This document shows, one piece after another, positions 35,953-45,013 of a stretch of DNA of 64,000 nt; the stretch's first letter is position 1; each line of letters opens with the position of its first letter. The stretch lies in contig CAMCME010000002.1 in NCBI GenBank assembly GCA_945875925.1, positions 1,119-65,118 on the forward strand, in the 5' to 3' direction. Below the pieces are notes generated by a model, which saw only the letters and a list, made by a program, of their open reading frames with translations, made no database searches and was not told the origin of the DNA. A program made the position numbers and the translations under genes. The DNA is from Rickettsia typhi. Lineage in GTDB: Bacteria; Pseudomonadota; Alphaproteobacteria; Rickettsiales; UBA1997.

Positions 35953-37266
35953 TTATTTTCCGAAAACTTGCGTAAAAATATGATCCACATTTTTAGTGTG
36001 GTAAGACAAATCAAAAATCGAGGCCAATTTTTCATCACTAATTTTTCCTTGAACTTCTGGGTCAGTTTTTAGCAATTCTAAGAAATCTATATTTTCTTTC
36101 CAAACTCTCATAGCATTGGTTTGAACTATGCGGTAAGCGTCCTCGCGAGAAATTCCAGCATCTTCAATTAAAGTTAAAAGCACGCGCTGCGAAAACACTA
36201 GGCCTTTCAAACGATCTAAATTTCTTTTCATATTTTCTGGATAAACCAAAAGATTTTCGATCAATGAAGTCAGACGATTCAGCGCGAAATTTAAAGTTAC
36301 AGTGGCGTCAGGCGCGATCATTCTTTCAACTGAAGAATGAGAAATGTCGCGCTCATGCCATAAAGCAACATTCTCTAAAGCTGGCACAACGGCGCTACGC
36401 ACAATTCTGGCAAGACCCGTTAGATTCTCACTTAAAACTGGATTGCGCTTATGTGGCATTGCTGAGGAGCCTTTTTGGCCTTTAGAGAAAAACTCTTCAA
36501 CTTCTAAAACTTCGGTGCGTTGTAAATGGCGAATTTCGATGGCTAAGTTTTCAACTGAAGAAGCGATAACGCCAAGAACTGAGAAGAAAAATGCGTGACG
36601 ATCTCTAGGAATAACTTGAGTTGAAACTGGCTCTTCAGCAAGGCCCATTTTTTCAGCAACATGTTTTTGCACTGAAGGATCGATGTTAGCGAAAGTGCCA
36701 ACAGCGCCAGAAATTGCGCAAACTGCGATTTCTTTTCTAGCAGCTTTTAAGCGGGCTAAATTTCTTTCAAACTCGGCGTAAAAGCGCGCTAGCTTTAAGC
36801 CGAAAGTTACAGGTTCAGCGTGAATTCCGTGAGAGCGGCCTACACAAACTGTGTCTTTATGTTCAAAAGCGCGTTTTTTTAAGGCGGCTAAAAGCCTTTC
36901 TAAATCGGCAATTAAAATATCTGAAGCTTGAGAAAGTTGCACAGAAAGGCAGGTGTCAAGCACATCTGAGCTGGTCATGCCAAGATGCACGAAGCGAGAA
37001 TTGTCACCAACTAATTCAGCTAAATGAGTTAAAAAAGCGATCACATCATGTTTTGTAACTGATTCAATTTCATCAATGCGGGCCGCATTAAATTTGCCGC
37101 CAGATTTTTTGAAATTTTCGCGAATGGTTGCAGCTGCACCTTGAGGCGCCACACCAATTTCTTCAAATGCTTCCAAAGCATAAGTTTCAATATCAAACCA
37201 AATTTGATATTTATTTTCTTCCAACCAAATTTTGGTCATTTCAGGGCGTGAATAGCGAGGGATCAT
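35953..37266 (-). CDS. purB: Adenylosuccinate lyase
   Basis: MIPRYSRPEM.. start, fumarate-lyase signature GSSAMPHKRNP. The track ORF extension to 37359 reads through repeat 37307-37362 and is rejected. Confidence 0.93.
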   Translation of the reverse strand: MIPRYSRPEMTKIWLEENKYQIWFDIETYALEAFEEIGVAPQGAAATIRENFKKSGGKFNAARIDEIESVTKHDVIAFLTHLAELVGDNSRFVHLGMTSSDVLDTCLSVQLSQASDILIADLERLLAALKKRAFEHKDTVCVGRSHGIHAEPVTFGLKLARFYAEFERNLARLKAARKEIAVCAISGAVGTFANIDPSVQKHVAEKMGLAEEPVSTQVIPRDRHAFFFSVLGVIASSVENLAIEIRHLQRTEVLEVEEFFSKGQKGSSAMPHKRNPVLSENLTGLARIVRSAVVPALENVALWHERDISHSSVERMIAPDATVTLNFALNRLTSLIENLLVYPENMKRNLDRLKGLVFSQRVLLTLIEDAGISREDAYRIVQTNAMRVWKENIDFLELLKTDPEVQGKISDEKLASIFDLSYHTKNVDHIFTQVFGK

Positions 37267-37306
37267 GGGATTTAAAAATAATTTAATAACAAATTTTATC
37301 CGGGCC

Positions 37307-37362
37307 GTCATGTCGACCGCAGTGAGACATCTCATGAGATGTCTCACTGCGTTCGACATGAC
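37307..37362. repeat. Palindromic element, family A, minimal form (arms only)
   Basis: 56-bp hairpin GTCATGTCGACCGCAGTGAGACATCTCAT|ATGAGATGTCTCACTGCGTTCGACATGAC with a single mismatch and no central spacer. Confidence 0.9.
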
Positions 37363-37373
37363 AAAAAGGAGAA

Positions 37374-38744
37374 TTACAAAATAAATTTCGATAAATCAGT
37401 TTTACCTGAAATTAAATCTCCCAAATGAGCATCAACATAAGATTCGTCAATCTTGATGGCCGCACCTTTTTTCATTTCGCTGGCTTCAAAACTTACATCT
37501 TCAAGAATTTTCTCAAGCAAAGTGTGCAGGCGGCGCGCGCCGATATTTTCAACTTCAGAATTCACTTTATAAGCAATTTTTGCAATTTCTTTAATGCCAG
37601 CTTCAGTGAAATCTAATGTTACATTTTCAACCCCAAGTAGCGCCACATATTGTTTAATTAAACTAGATTCTGGCTCGGTTAAAATGCGCACTAAATCATT
37701 TTCGGTAAGCGGTTTTAATTGCACGCGAATTGGGAATCGGCCTTGTAATTCAGGAAGTAAATCTGCAGGTTTGGCAATGTGAAATGCGCCAGAAGCGATG
37801 AATAAAATATGATCGGTTTTAATTAAACCATATTTAGTGCTGACTGTAGTTCCTTCAACCAAAGGTAGAAGATCGCGCTGCACTCCTTCACGGCTGACAT
37901 CGCCGCCTTTAGAGTGATTGCGTACACAAATTTTATCAATTTCATCAATAAAAACTATGCCGTCATTTTCGACAGATTTGATGGCGGTTTTGATAATTTT
38001 ATCTTCATCAATCATCTTTTCAGATTCTTCGTCGATCAAAGTTTTAAGTGCATCTTCGACAGTCATTTTAGCCTTTTTGGTCTTTTCACCATTCATGGCT
38101 TTGCCCAGCATTTCGCTAAGATTGATCATGCCAACTTGACCACCCGGAACTTCAAAAGAACTGGCGAAAGAATTGCCAGAATCTAGAACTTCAATTTCAA
38201 TTTCGCGCTCGTTCATCTCGCCATTTTCAAGCATTTGCGAGAATTTTTCTTTGGTGTCTTCGGAAGAACTTTCGCCAACTAAAATATTAAGAATCTTTTT
38301 CTTAGCATTTTTTTCTGCCTTGTCGCGAACTTCTTTTTTTGTAGCGCTTTTGAGAGTTTTAATCGCCACTTCTGCCAAATCGCGAATGATAGACTCTACA
38401 TCGCGTCCCACATAGCCAACTTCAGTAAATTTAGTTGCTTCAACTTTGATGAAAGGTGCATTAGCAAGCTTGGCTAAACGGCGCGCCACTTCGGTTTTAC
38501 CCACGCCAGTTGGGCCCACCATTAAAATATTTTTTGGCACAATTTCTTCGCGCAGCGGGCTATCAACCAGCTTTCTGCGATAGCGATTTCTTAAGGCAAT
38601 TGCCACGGCTTTTTTAGCCTCATCTTGGCCGATGATGTAGCGATTCAACTCTTCAACTATTTGTTTTGGAGTGAGATTTTGTCCTAAATTTTTGTCAGTA
38701 ATTTTGGCAGTATTTTTCACAGTCGTTTTTTTACTTTTTGTCAT
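37374..38744 (-). CDS. hslU: ATP-dependent protease ATPase subunit HslU
   Basis: 456 aa with [41 protein letters not shown] and [10 protein letters not shown]. Confidence 0.95.
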   Translation of the reverse strand: MTKSKKTTVKNTAKITDKNLGQNLTPKQIVEELNRYIIGQDEAKKAVAIALRNRYRRKLVDSPLREEIVPKNILMVGPTGVGKTEVARRLAKLANAPFIKVEATKFTEVGYVGRDVESIIRDLAEVAIKTLKSATKKEVRDKAEKNAKKKILNILVGESSSEDTKEKFSQMLENGEMNEREIEIEVLDSGNSFASSFEVPGGQVGMINLSEMLGKAMNGEKTKKAKMTVEDALKTLIDEESEKMIDEDKIIKTAIKSVENDGIVFIDEIDKICVRNHSKGGDVSREGVQRDLLPLVEGTTVSTKYGLIKTDHILFIASGAFHIAKPADLLPELQGRFPIRVQLKPLTENDLVRILTEPESSLIKQYVALLGVENVTLDFTEAGIKEIAKIAYKVNSEVENIGARRLHTLLEKILEDVSFEASEMKKGAAIKIDESYVDAHLGDLISGKTDLSKFIL

Positions 38745-38890
38745 TTTTTAAATTATCTTTTGTAGAGAGCGTTTCTTTTGAATTGGAAGAGCCATTGTAA
38801 CTTGCGGAATTCAATAAAAACATCAAAAAAATTATTACTAAGCTGGTTAGCAGAATTGTTAAAATCATTCTCATGGAAGTAATAAATTAG

Positions 38891-39520
38891 CTAACAATGC
38901 TGCAAAATTTCGACAATTGCATTTTGCAAATCATGAATACCAATTTTGTGAACGCTGCTGGTTCTAATAATTCCTGGATAAAGAGCTGCCCATTTTTTGG
39001 AAGCGGCTAAAATTTGATCTTCGGTTTTTTTAATTTCATGTTCTTTAAGTTTATCAACTTTGGTAAGCACAATTTGAAAACTGACGCCCAAAGTATTGAA
39101 CATATTGATGATGTCTTCGTCTGATTCTTTTAGGCCTTTTACAGGATCAATCAGCAAAAAAACTCTCTTCAAATTGGCGCGTTTGGCTAGATATTCAAAG
39201 CTAGTTTTTTGCCAGCTTTCTACATCTTTTTTACCAGCTTTGGCATAGCCATAACCCGGCATATCCACAAGCACCACGCTGTCGGTTAGCATTTTATCGC
39301 TGCTGAAGAAATTTAATTGGCGAGTGCGCCCTGGTGTGTTTGAAACAATCGCCACTTTGCGCCCCAGAAGCGCATTGATGATGCTAGATTTTCCAACATT
39401 AGAAGCGCCGATAAAAGAAATTTCAGGGTTGCGATGATCAGGAAATTGTTTTGGATGAGCTGCACCAAGAAGGAAATCCCATTCTTTGGAGAATAATTTT
39501 TTTGGGTCGATTTTTTTCAT
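38891..39520 (-). CDS. engB: Ribosome biogenesis GTP-binding protein YihA/EngB
   Basis: 209 aa with G1 GASNVGKSS, the TPGRT.Q.NFF pattern, DMPGYGYA and TKVDK. Confidence 0.9.
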   Translation of the reverse strand: MKKIDPKKLFSKEWDFLLGAAHPKQFPDHRNPEISFIGASNVGKSSIINALLGRKVAIVSNTPGRTRQLNFFSSDKMLTDSVVLVDMPGYGYAKAGKKDVESWQKTSFEYLAKRANLKRVFLLIDPVKGLKESDEDIINMFNTLGVSFQIVLTKVDKLKEHEIKKTEDQILAASKKWAALYPGIIRTSSVHKIGIHDLQNAIVEILQHC

Positions 39521-39570
39521 TTTTGTTTTTAGTTATTTATTTTTTGCAAACATCAAATTTTGTAAATGTT

Positions 39571-39676
39571 CGTCATCCTTGGGCGCTTTAGCGTCCGAAG
39601 ATCTCAGGAGTTCGTCTGATAATTAAAATGGAGTTCAAACTCATGAGATCCTCGGCCACAGGGGCCAAGGATGACG
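39571..39676. repeat. Palindromic element, family C (intergenic)
   Basis: CGTCATCCTTGG..CCAAGGATGACG termini, side hairpins GGGCGC-TTTA-GCGTCC and GGCC-ACAG-GGCC, and the CTCATGAGATCCTCGG core. Confidence 0.9.
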
Positions 39677-39691
39677 AGAATGGCTTAATGA

Positions 39692-40570
39692 CTAACGGCG
39701 TTTTTCTTCCATAAATTTCACAATTGCTTCAGCCACATCAACGCCAGTCGCTGCTTCAATTCCTTCTAGCCCTGGTGAAGAATTTATTTCTAGAATTTTT
39801 GGGCCGTTATCTGATCTAACCATGTCGACTCCCGCCACTTCTAGGCCGATGATTCTTGCGGCGTTGATCGCCATTTCTCTTTCTTCATCAGTAATGTCAG
39901 CAGCGGTGGCAGTGGCGCCTAAGTGAATATTAGCGCGGAATTCTCCTTCTTCGGCTTGGCGCTGCATTGAGGCCACAACTTTATCGCCAATTACAAAACA
40001 TCTAATGTCTTGGCCGCGAGATTCTTTGATGTAATGCTGAACCAAAATATCGGCTTTAAGACTGCGGAAAGCGTTGATCATGCTTTCGGCGGTTTTGGAA
40101 TTTTCGGCTAGAACCACGCCAACGCCTTTAGTTCCTTCAAGCAATTTAACCACCAATGGCGAGCCACCAACCAGCCTGATCAAATCTTTAGTTTCGTAAG
40201 ATGAATTGGCAAAACTGGTGGTTGGAATGTTTAAATTATGTTTCGCCAAAATTTGCAAAGTGTGAAATTTGTCGCGTGATTTTGTAATTGAATAAGAATC
40301 GTTTAAGCAAGGTGTATTCATAGTTTCGAACTGTCTCACCACGGTGGTTCCGTAAAAGGTCATGGCGGGCTTAATACGCGGCACAACATAGTCGATATTT
40401 TCTAACTTGATGCCTTCGCCGTGAAAAATCTCTGAACCGTTAGAAGCGACTTTAATGTAGCAAGAGCCGATATTAATAAATTCAGCATCGTGGCCGCGCT
40501 TCTGCGCTGCTTCGATGATTCTTTGATTGGAGTATAAATTTGGATTTGAAGCCAAAACTATGATTTTCAT
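39692..40570 (-). CDS. rimK: Ribosomal protein S6 L-glutamate ligase RimK (ATP-grasp)
   Basis: 292 aa with LVVKLLEGT.G.GV.LAE, DIRCFVIGDKVVA.M.R and the NSSPGLEGIE C-terminal motif. Confidence 0.9.
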   Translation of the reverse strand: MKIIVLASNPNLYSNQRIIEAAQKRGHDAEFINIGSCYIKVASNGSEIFHGEGIKLENIDYVVPRIKPAMTFYGTTVVRQFETMNTPCLNDSYSITKSRDKFHTLQILAKHNLNIPTTSFANSSYETKDLIRLVGGSPLVVKLLEGTKGVGVVLAENSKTAESMINAFRSLKADILVQHYIKESRGQDIRCFVIGDKVVASMQRQAEEGEFRANIHLGATATAADITDEEREMAINAARIIGLEVAGVDMVRSDNGPKILEINSSPGLEGIEAATGVDVAEAIVKFMEEKRR

Positions 40571-40649
40571 ATTTTATTTTTTTAATTATTGAGCTTGTTG
40601 TTGGTGTCTTGTTTGTTCCTTTTTCACTTCTCTGGGATCACATGCGACT

Positions 40650-41129
40650 TTAATTTTTTTTGTAAAGTTTGCGCACTTGAGCTTTTTTCTGTTTGCCTTG
40701 TAAAAAAGCTTGCGACGGATCAACCAATAATCCAAATTGCTTAATTGCATCGCGGCCCAGCAGCATGCGAAACGACATTGAATCGCGATTTACCAAAGTG
40801 ATTTCAATTTTTATTTTCGTGTCGCAAATACAAACTTCCGACTCGATAACTATTCTTTCTTCTTTTTTCCCGCCTGAATCTGAAACTAATCTGCGATCAA
40901 TAATTTTGGCGATGCAACTTCTTTCTAACTCTAAGTTTTTTTGCAATGGATGAATGTCGAATTTTACATATTCCACGTCATTAACAAAAAAAGTTTCGAT
41001 ATTGAAAGCGTGCAAAGCGGAAGTTTTTGCGCCGGTGTCGATTTTGCCTTTAATGGCTGGAAGGCCCAAGCATTCAAGGTTGAACCATTCTTTCCAGCCA
41101 ATGATCTTTGTTGTTGAATAAATTTCCAT
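40650..41129 (-). CDS. Retropepsin-like 'ATP-dependent zinc protease' family protein (DUF785/RimB-like)
   Basis: 159 aa with the KIDTGAKTSALHA aspartic-protease-like motif. It lies immediately upstream of rimK, the conserved partner arrangement. Confidence 0.7.
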   Translation of the reverse strand: MEIYSTTKIIGWKEWFNLECLGLPAIKGKIDTGAKTSALHAFNIETFFVNDVEYVKFDIHPLQKNLELERSCIAKIIDRRLVSDSGGKKEERIVIESEVCICDTKIKIEITLVNRDSMSFRMLLGRDAIKQFGLLVDPSQAFLQGKQKKAQVRKLYKKN

Positions 41130-41876
41130 TTAGCTTGATGCGATCAATTTTGTTGCGGCCGCAAGGTCTTCTGCTGTATCAACAGAAAGCGGATGAGCAT
41201 CAACAATTTTAACAAAAATTTTCATGTCATTTTCTAGTGCGCGCAGTTGTTCAAGGCTTTCGCGCTTTTCTAAAATTGATGGTTCAAGCTTTACGAATTT
41301 TTCTAAAGCTGATTTTTTATAAGCGTAAATTCCGATGTGATGGTAATAGTCGCCAATATTTTCTTTGTTGTAAGGAATTGGACAGCGCGAGAAATACAAA
41401 GCTTGGCCAAGATTTTTTTCTTTGAAAGCTATTGAGATTTTTACCACATTTGGATTGGTAATTTCTTCAGAATTTTTAATTTTTGAAGCAACTGTGGCAA
41501 TGTCGCAATTGTTTTGAAGAGAGGCTTCAGCTGCGGCCTTGATAACTTCTGGATCGATATTTGGCAAGTCGCCTTGTAAATTAATTATCGCAGAAAAATC
41601 TTCATCTCTAAATTTTTGATAAGCAGCAAAAATACGGTCAGTTCCTGATGGCAAATTTGGATCGGTGATTACAAATTCTGCACCGATTTTTCTAGCTTCT
41701 GCGGCAATTTCTTCGCCGTCGCAGGCAATAATCACTTTTCCTAAATTAGCTTTGATGGCTTGTTCGTAAACTCTTGCAATCATGCTTTTGCCTAAAATAT
41801 CCGCCAAAGGCTTATTTGGAAGGCGCATTGAAGCAAGGCGAACAGGGATGATGATTAGGAATTTGTTATTTGTCAT
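41130..41876 (-). CDS. kdsB: 3-deoxy-manno-octulosonate cytidylyltransferase
   Basis: 248 aa with IIPVRLASMRLPNKPLADI.GK.MI, the INLQGD.P pattern and a C-terminal LEQLR.LENG-like motif. Confidence 0.9.
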   Translation of the reverse strand: MTNNKFLIIIPVRLASMRLPNKPLADILGKSMIARVYEQAIKANLGKVIIACDGEEIAAEARKIGAEFVITDPNLPSGTDRIFAAYQKFRDEDFSAIINLQGDLPNIDPEVIKAAAEASLQNNCDIATVASKIKNSEEITNPNVVKISIAFKEKNLGQALYFSRCPIPYNKENIGDYYHHIGIYAYKKSALEKFVKLEPSILEKRESLEQLRALENDMKIFVKIVDAHPLSVDTAEDLAAATKLIASS

Positions 41877-42176
41877 TTTGTCAGATTTTTTGCTTGTAAG
41901 TTCTTCTTGCAGAAAGCCTTAATAAAAAATATTCGGCTCGAGAATTTTTATTTATCCGTATAGCGTCAGGCTAATTAAATGAGCTTATCTGAGAATTCCA
42001 CAAAATTGTTGCTTTTTACAATCTTTACTCTTTAATGCGCCGCTCTTCTGGCCTTTTTCAAAGGCACAACAGTTGAATCTCTAAAAAGAAATCTCTCGAA
42101 GACCCTCATTTTAGTAAGATAAATCCGATTTTCTCTTCTTTAAATTTAGAATTTATTTTTAAATTTATTTTCAAGG

Positions 42177-42252
42177 GAGCACGTAGCTCAGTCGGTAGAG
42201 CACCTGACTTTTAATTAGGTGGTCGTTGGTTCGATTCCAACCGTGCTCACCA
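42177..42252 (+). tRNA. tRNA-Lys (UUU)
   Basis: Manual cloverleaf: GAGCACG TA GCTC-AGTCGGTA-GAGC A CCTGA-CTTTTAA-TTAGG TGGTC GTTGG-TTCGATT-CCAAC CGTGCTC A CCA. Confidence 0.93.
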
Positions 42253-42366
42253 AAATCTTTTCAAAAGATTTTGTGAATATTTCCCCAAATTAGTTTTTGT
42301 TTTGCCTCGATTTTTTGTGCTGGGTGTTTTTTCCGTTATTTCTTCTTTGCTGTTATTTCTCCTCTG

Positions 42367-42449
42367 CTGTCATTTCGAACGCAGTGAGAAATCTCATTAG
42401 GCTTTACGGATGAACTTATGAGATTTCTCACTGCGTTCGAAATGACAGG
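42367..42449. repeat. Palindromic element, family A
   Basis: CTGTCATTTCGAACGCAGTGAGAAATCTCAT arms. The arm sequence is identical to copy 1728-1830 from TCATTTCGAAC inward. Confidence 0.9.
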
Positions 42450-42459
42450 TTGTAAAAAA

Positions 42460-42513
42460 AGCCAAAAAAAAGCTAAAAAAAAGAGGGGTGAACTTTTTTA
42501 AGTTCACCCCTCT
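42460..42513 (-). terminator. Rho-independent terminator of the DEAD-box helicase gene
   Basis: Perfect 12-bp stem AGAGGGGTGAAC/GTTCACCCCTCT (42482-42513), followed on the minus strand by a long U-rich tract. It lies 22 nt after the stop. Confidence 0.85.
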
Positions 42514-42535
42514 TCTCAGAAACTTATCCGATCAA

Positions 42536-44341
42536 TTAATCGTTAAATTTACCACCTGGTTTTTTGTCTTTAGCTCTAGAAACCAAAGATCTTCCACTGC
42601 TGGAATTTTTTTGGAAACAGTTAAGGATTCTTTCAGCATCTTCGAAAGGAGCAGCGAAGAAAGAGAAAGCGTCGAAGATTTTAACATCATCGATTTTTCT
42701 TTGTTCAACACCTGATTCTTTTTGGATAAAATCAACCAATTTTCTAGGATCCATATTGTCATTTCTGCCTTTAGCGATGAAAAGACGCGCAGTTCCTTTG
42801 CGGTCAACATAGCCTTGGCGATCATTGCCACCTGGTCTGTAATCATCACGATCATCATCACGATCACGATCACGACGATTGAAATCACGGCCACCACGAT
42901 TTCCGAAATTGTCACGATCACGGCCACCATCTCTTCCGCCATCACGAGAGAATTTGTCTTTTTTGTAATTACCGTCAGAACCTCTTCCGCCAGTAACATT
43001 AATTTGGCTGTAGCTTCTTTCGTTAAGCTCGTCTTTGAAGGCAAGTTTTAACAAAGCAGCTAGAACTACTTTAGGATCTGTAAGTTCAGCTGAATGATCA
43101 GTGTTAAGCAAAATTTCTTCTGCAATAACTTCTAAGTCAGAGAATCCGCCAGTTGCAATGATGTCTGCAATAGTGTTTTTAATGCGTTGTTTTTTGCTGT
43201 TAATTACATCCTGAACATTAGGAACAGTTTGTTTAGTAATAGTGGTATTGGCCATTTTTTGGATGGCAATCAATTTACGATATTCTGAAGGAGTGATTAG
43301 AGTAATCGCAGTTCCAGTTTTACCAGCTCTTCCAGTTCTTCCGATTCTGTGAACATAGCTTTCAGGATCTTGAGGAAGAGAATAGTTAATTACATGAGTA
43401 AGATTATCCACATCAATTCCGCGCGCAGCAACATCAGTTGCAACTAGAACTGTAAGTTTTTTATCACGGAATTTTTGTAAGATTTTTTCTCTTTGGCCTT
43501 GTGAAATATCGCCATGCAAAGCTTCAGCGCGGCAACCGCGATTGGTCAATTTGTGAGCAATATCATCAGCATCTAATTTAGTGCGGCAGAAAACTAGACC
43601 GTAGAAACTAGCTTCCACATCGATGATGCGGAAAAGAGCTTCGAATTTATCTGATTGAGAAACTTCAAAATAGATTTGTTGAATATTGTCGCGATTAGTA
43701 GTGTCAGACATTACTGAAATCACTTCATAATCATTCATGTATTTTTTCGCTAAGCGTTCAATGTGAGAAGGCATTGTAGCTGAGAAAAGTACAGTTCTTC
43801 TGTTTTTTGGAGCAGCTTGTAAAATGGTTTCGATATCTTCAACGAAGCCCATGTTCAACATTTCATCAGCTTCATCCAAAATGATGTGAGAAACTTTCGA
43901 AATGTTCAAAGTGCCGCGGCTCAAGTGATCCATAACTCTGCCAGGAGTGCCGACAACGATGTCCACACCTCTTTGAAGTCTTGAAATTTGACGATCAATT
44001 GGTTGGCCTCCGTAAATTGCAACGATGCGAGTTCTTTGAACTTCAGCAAATGAAGCGATTTCTTCAGCAACTTGAATAGCAAGTTCACGAGTTGGTGCAA
44101 GAATGATGGCTTGAACATGTCCAGAATTTGGAACCAAGCTTTCAATAAGCGGAATACCAAATGCAGCTGTTTTACCAGTTCCGGTTTGAGCTTTACCGAT
44201 CAAATCTTTTTCATTAGCTAAAAGAAATGGAATGGCTTTGGCTTGAATTGGAGATGGTTCTTCAAAACCTTTCTTGCGAAGAGATTCAAGCATTACATCA
44301 GAAAGACCTAAGTCTCTGAATTTGACTAAGTTTGTAGGCAT
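42536..44341 (-). CDS. DEAD-box ATP-dependent RNA helicase (DeaD/CsdA-like) with R/D/G-rich linker and DbpA-type C-terminal RNA-binding domain
   Basis: 601 aa with Q-motif F..LGL......L...GFEEPSPIQ, then AQTGTGKT, DEAD, SAT and HRIGRTGRAG. The linker GGRDGGRDRDNFGNRGGRDFNRRDRDRDDDRDD is encoded at 42809-42995. Confidence 0.92.
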   Translation of the reverse strand: MPTNLVKFRDLGLSDVMLESLRKKGFEEPSPIQAKAIPFLLANEKDLIGKAQTGTGKTAAFGIPLIESLVPNSGHVQAIILAPTRELAIQVAEEIASFAEVQRTRIVAIYGGQPIDRQISRLQRGVDIVVGTPGRVMDHLSRGTLNISKVSHIILDEADEMLNMGFVEDIETILQAAPKNRRTVLFSATMPSHIERLAKKYMNDYEVISVMSDTTNRDNIQQIYFEVSQSDKFEALFRIIDVEASFYGLVFCRTKLDADDIAHKLTNRGCRAEALHGDISQGQREKILQKFRDKKLTVLVATDVAARGIDVDNLTHVINYSLPQDPESYVHRIGRTGRAGKTGTAITLITPSEYRKLIAIQKMANTTITKQTVPNVQDVINSKKQRIKNTIADIIATGGFSDLEVIAEEILLNTDHSAELTDPKVVLAALLKLAFKDELNERSYSQINVTGGRGSDGNYKKDKFSRDGGRDGGRDRDNFGNRGGRDFNRRDRDRDDDRDDYRPGGNDRQGYVDRKGTARLFIAKGRNDNMDPRKLVDFIQKESGVEQRKIDDVKIFDAFSFFAAPFEDAERILNCFQKNSSSGRSLVSRAKDKKPGGKFND

Positions 44342-44741
44342 ATTTTATTTTTAAAATTGTGTAGAAAAGTTGGTATTTAGAAGAGTGTTCTAGCAGCTAT
44401 TTTATCAAGACTTCAAATGAATCCGTTTTAATATTATATCTAAAGCATCAAGTTTGATTGGCTTTGATATTGTATCTTCCCCCGAATTTAGGGCCACCAG
44501 ATATGGCTTTGAGAACTTGATTGTGAAACAAGTCGCGAGTTTATTTACAAACTAATTATTGTAAAAAACCGATTTGGGAAAAAATTAGAAAACTTCAAAA
44601 GATAAATTAATCATCTAACAGCAGCGTGGGAGATTCTAGGTGGCGTGTTTTCAAAGCACAAGTTGTTATTGGTTAGAATGTGGGATGGAGAATCTAAGGA
44701 GAAGGATTAGAAGTGTATTTATCAATCGTTATTTCTAACAT

Positions 44742-44755
44742 CTGTCATCTCGAAC
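44742..44755. repeat. Solo left end of a family-A palindromic element
   Basis: CTGTCATCTCGAAC with no inverted partner nearby. Confidence 0.5.
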
Positions 44756-44775
44756 TAATTATTAATTCCGATGCA

Positions 44776-44877
44776 GGACTGGGTTTGTAACCCTGTCCTC
44801 ACTTTCAGTTCTATTGTTAAAATCTTCTAAAATTTAAAGAGGGTATGAACATTTGGACGGGGTTACAAACCCCGTCC
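44776..44877. repeat. Palindromic element, family G
   Basis: 23-bp inverted repeats GGACTGGGTTTGTAACCCTGTCC / GGACGGGGTTACAAACCCCGTCC separated by ~56 bp of AT-rich sequence. Confidence 0.75.
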
Positions 44878-44890
44878 AGCTGGGGGCACC

Positions 44891-45010
44891 TTTTCGAACT
44901 TTTTCTCCAAGTGGTCGGAAGCGTTGATGCTTAAGGCTTTAGGACTTGGTCGGCAATTTCGATATTTTTTAACCGCAGGAGCGGATGATCCTTTTTCGAA
45001 CTTTTTCTCC
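44891..45010. repeat. 18-bp direct repeat pair TTTTCGAACTTTTTCTCC
   Basis: Exact copies at 44891-44908 and 44993-45010. The second ends 4 nt before the stop codon of the orphan ORF. Confidence 0.8.
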
Positions 45011-45013
45011 GTT

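Noticed and set aside
35787-37359. N-terminal extensions of track ORFs for purB (to 37359) and the flavoprotein (to 35834). The same applies elsewhere to purK (to 15496), clpP (from 25940) and the secreted protein (from 52017).
   Set aside because: The extensions start at TTG/GTG or upstream ATGs and run through repeats or unconserved sequence. Conserved family N-termini begin at the internal ATGs I used.
38731-38874. 47-codon hydrophobic mini-ORF upstream of hslU as a real gene.
   Set aside because: It has no Shine-Dalgarno sequence and no recognisable family, and it is AT-rich hydrophobic sequence that arises easily by chance. It is mentioned only as context in the hslU finding.
42532-43051. 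170-aa (minus) and 109-aa (plus) ORFs overlapping the helicase 3' region.
   Set aside because: They are alternative-frame readings of the repetitive RD/RGG-coding DNA (runs of I/V/T/M). The helicase frame continues into a recognisable DbpA-type domain.
44851-44890. tmRNA/tRNA-like 3' end (GGACGGGG-TTACAAA-CCCCGTCC-AGCTGGGGGCACC).
   Set aside because: The loop lacks the canonical T-loop TTCRA. There is no CCA-adjacent acceptor pairing or tag ORF. The same 23-mer occurs inverted 80 bp upstream, so it is the arm of a palindromic element (family G).
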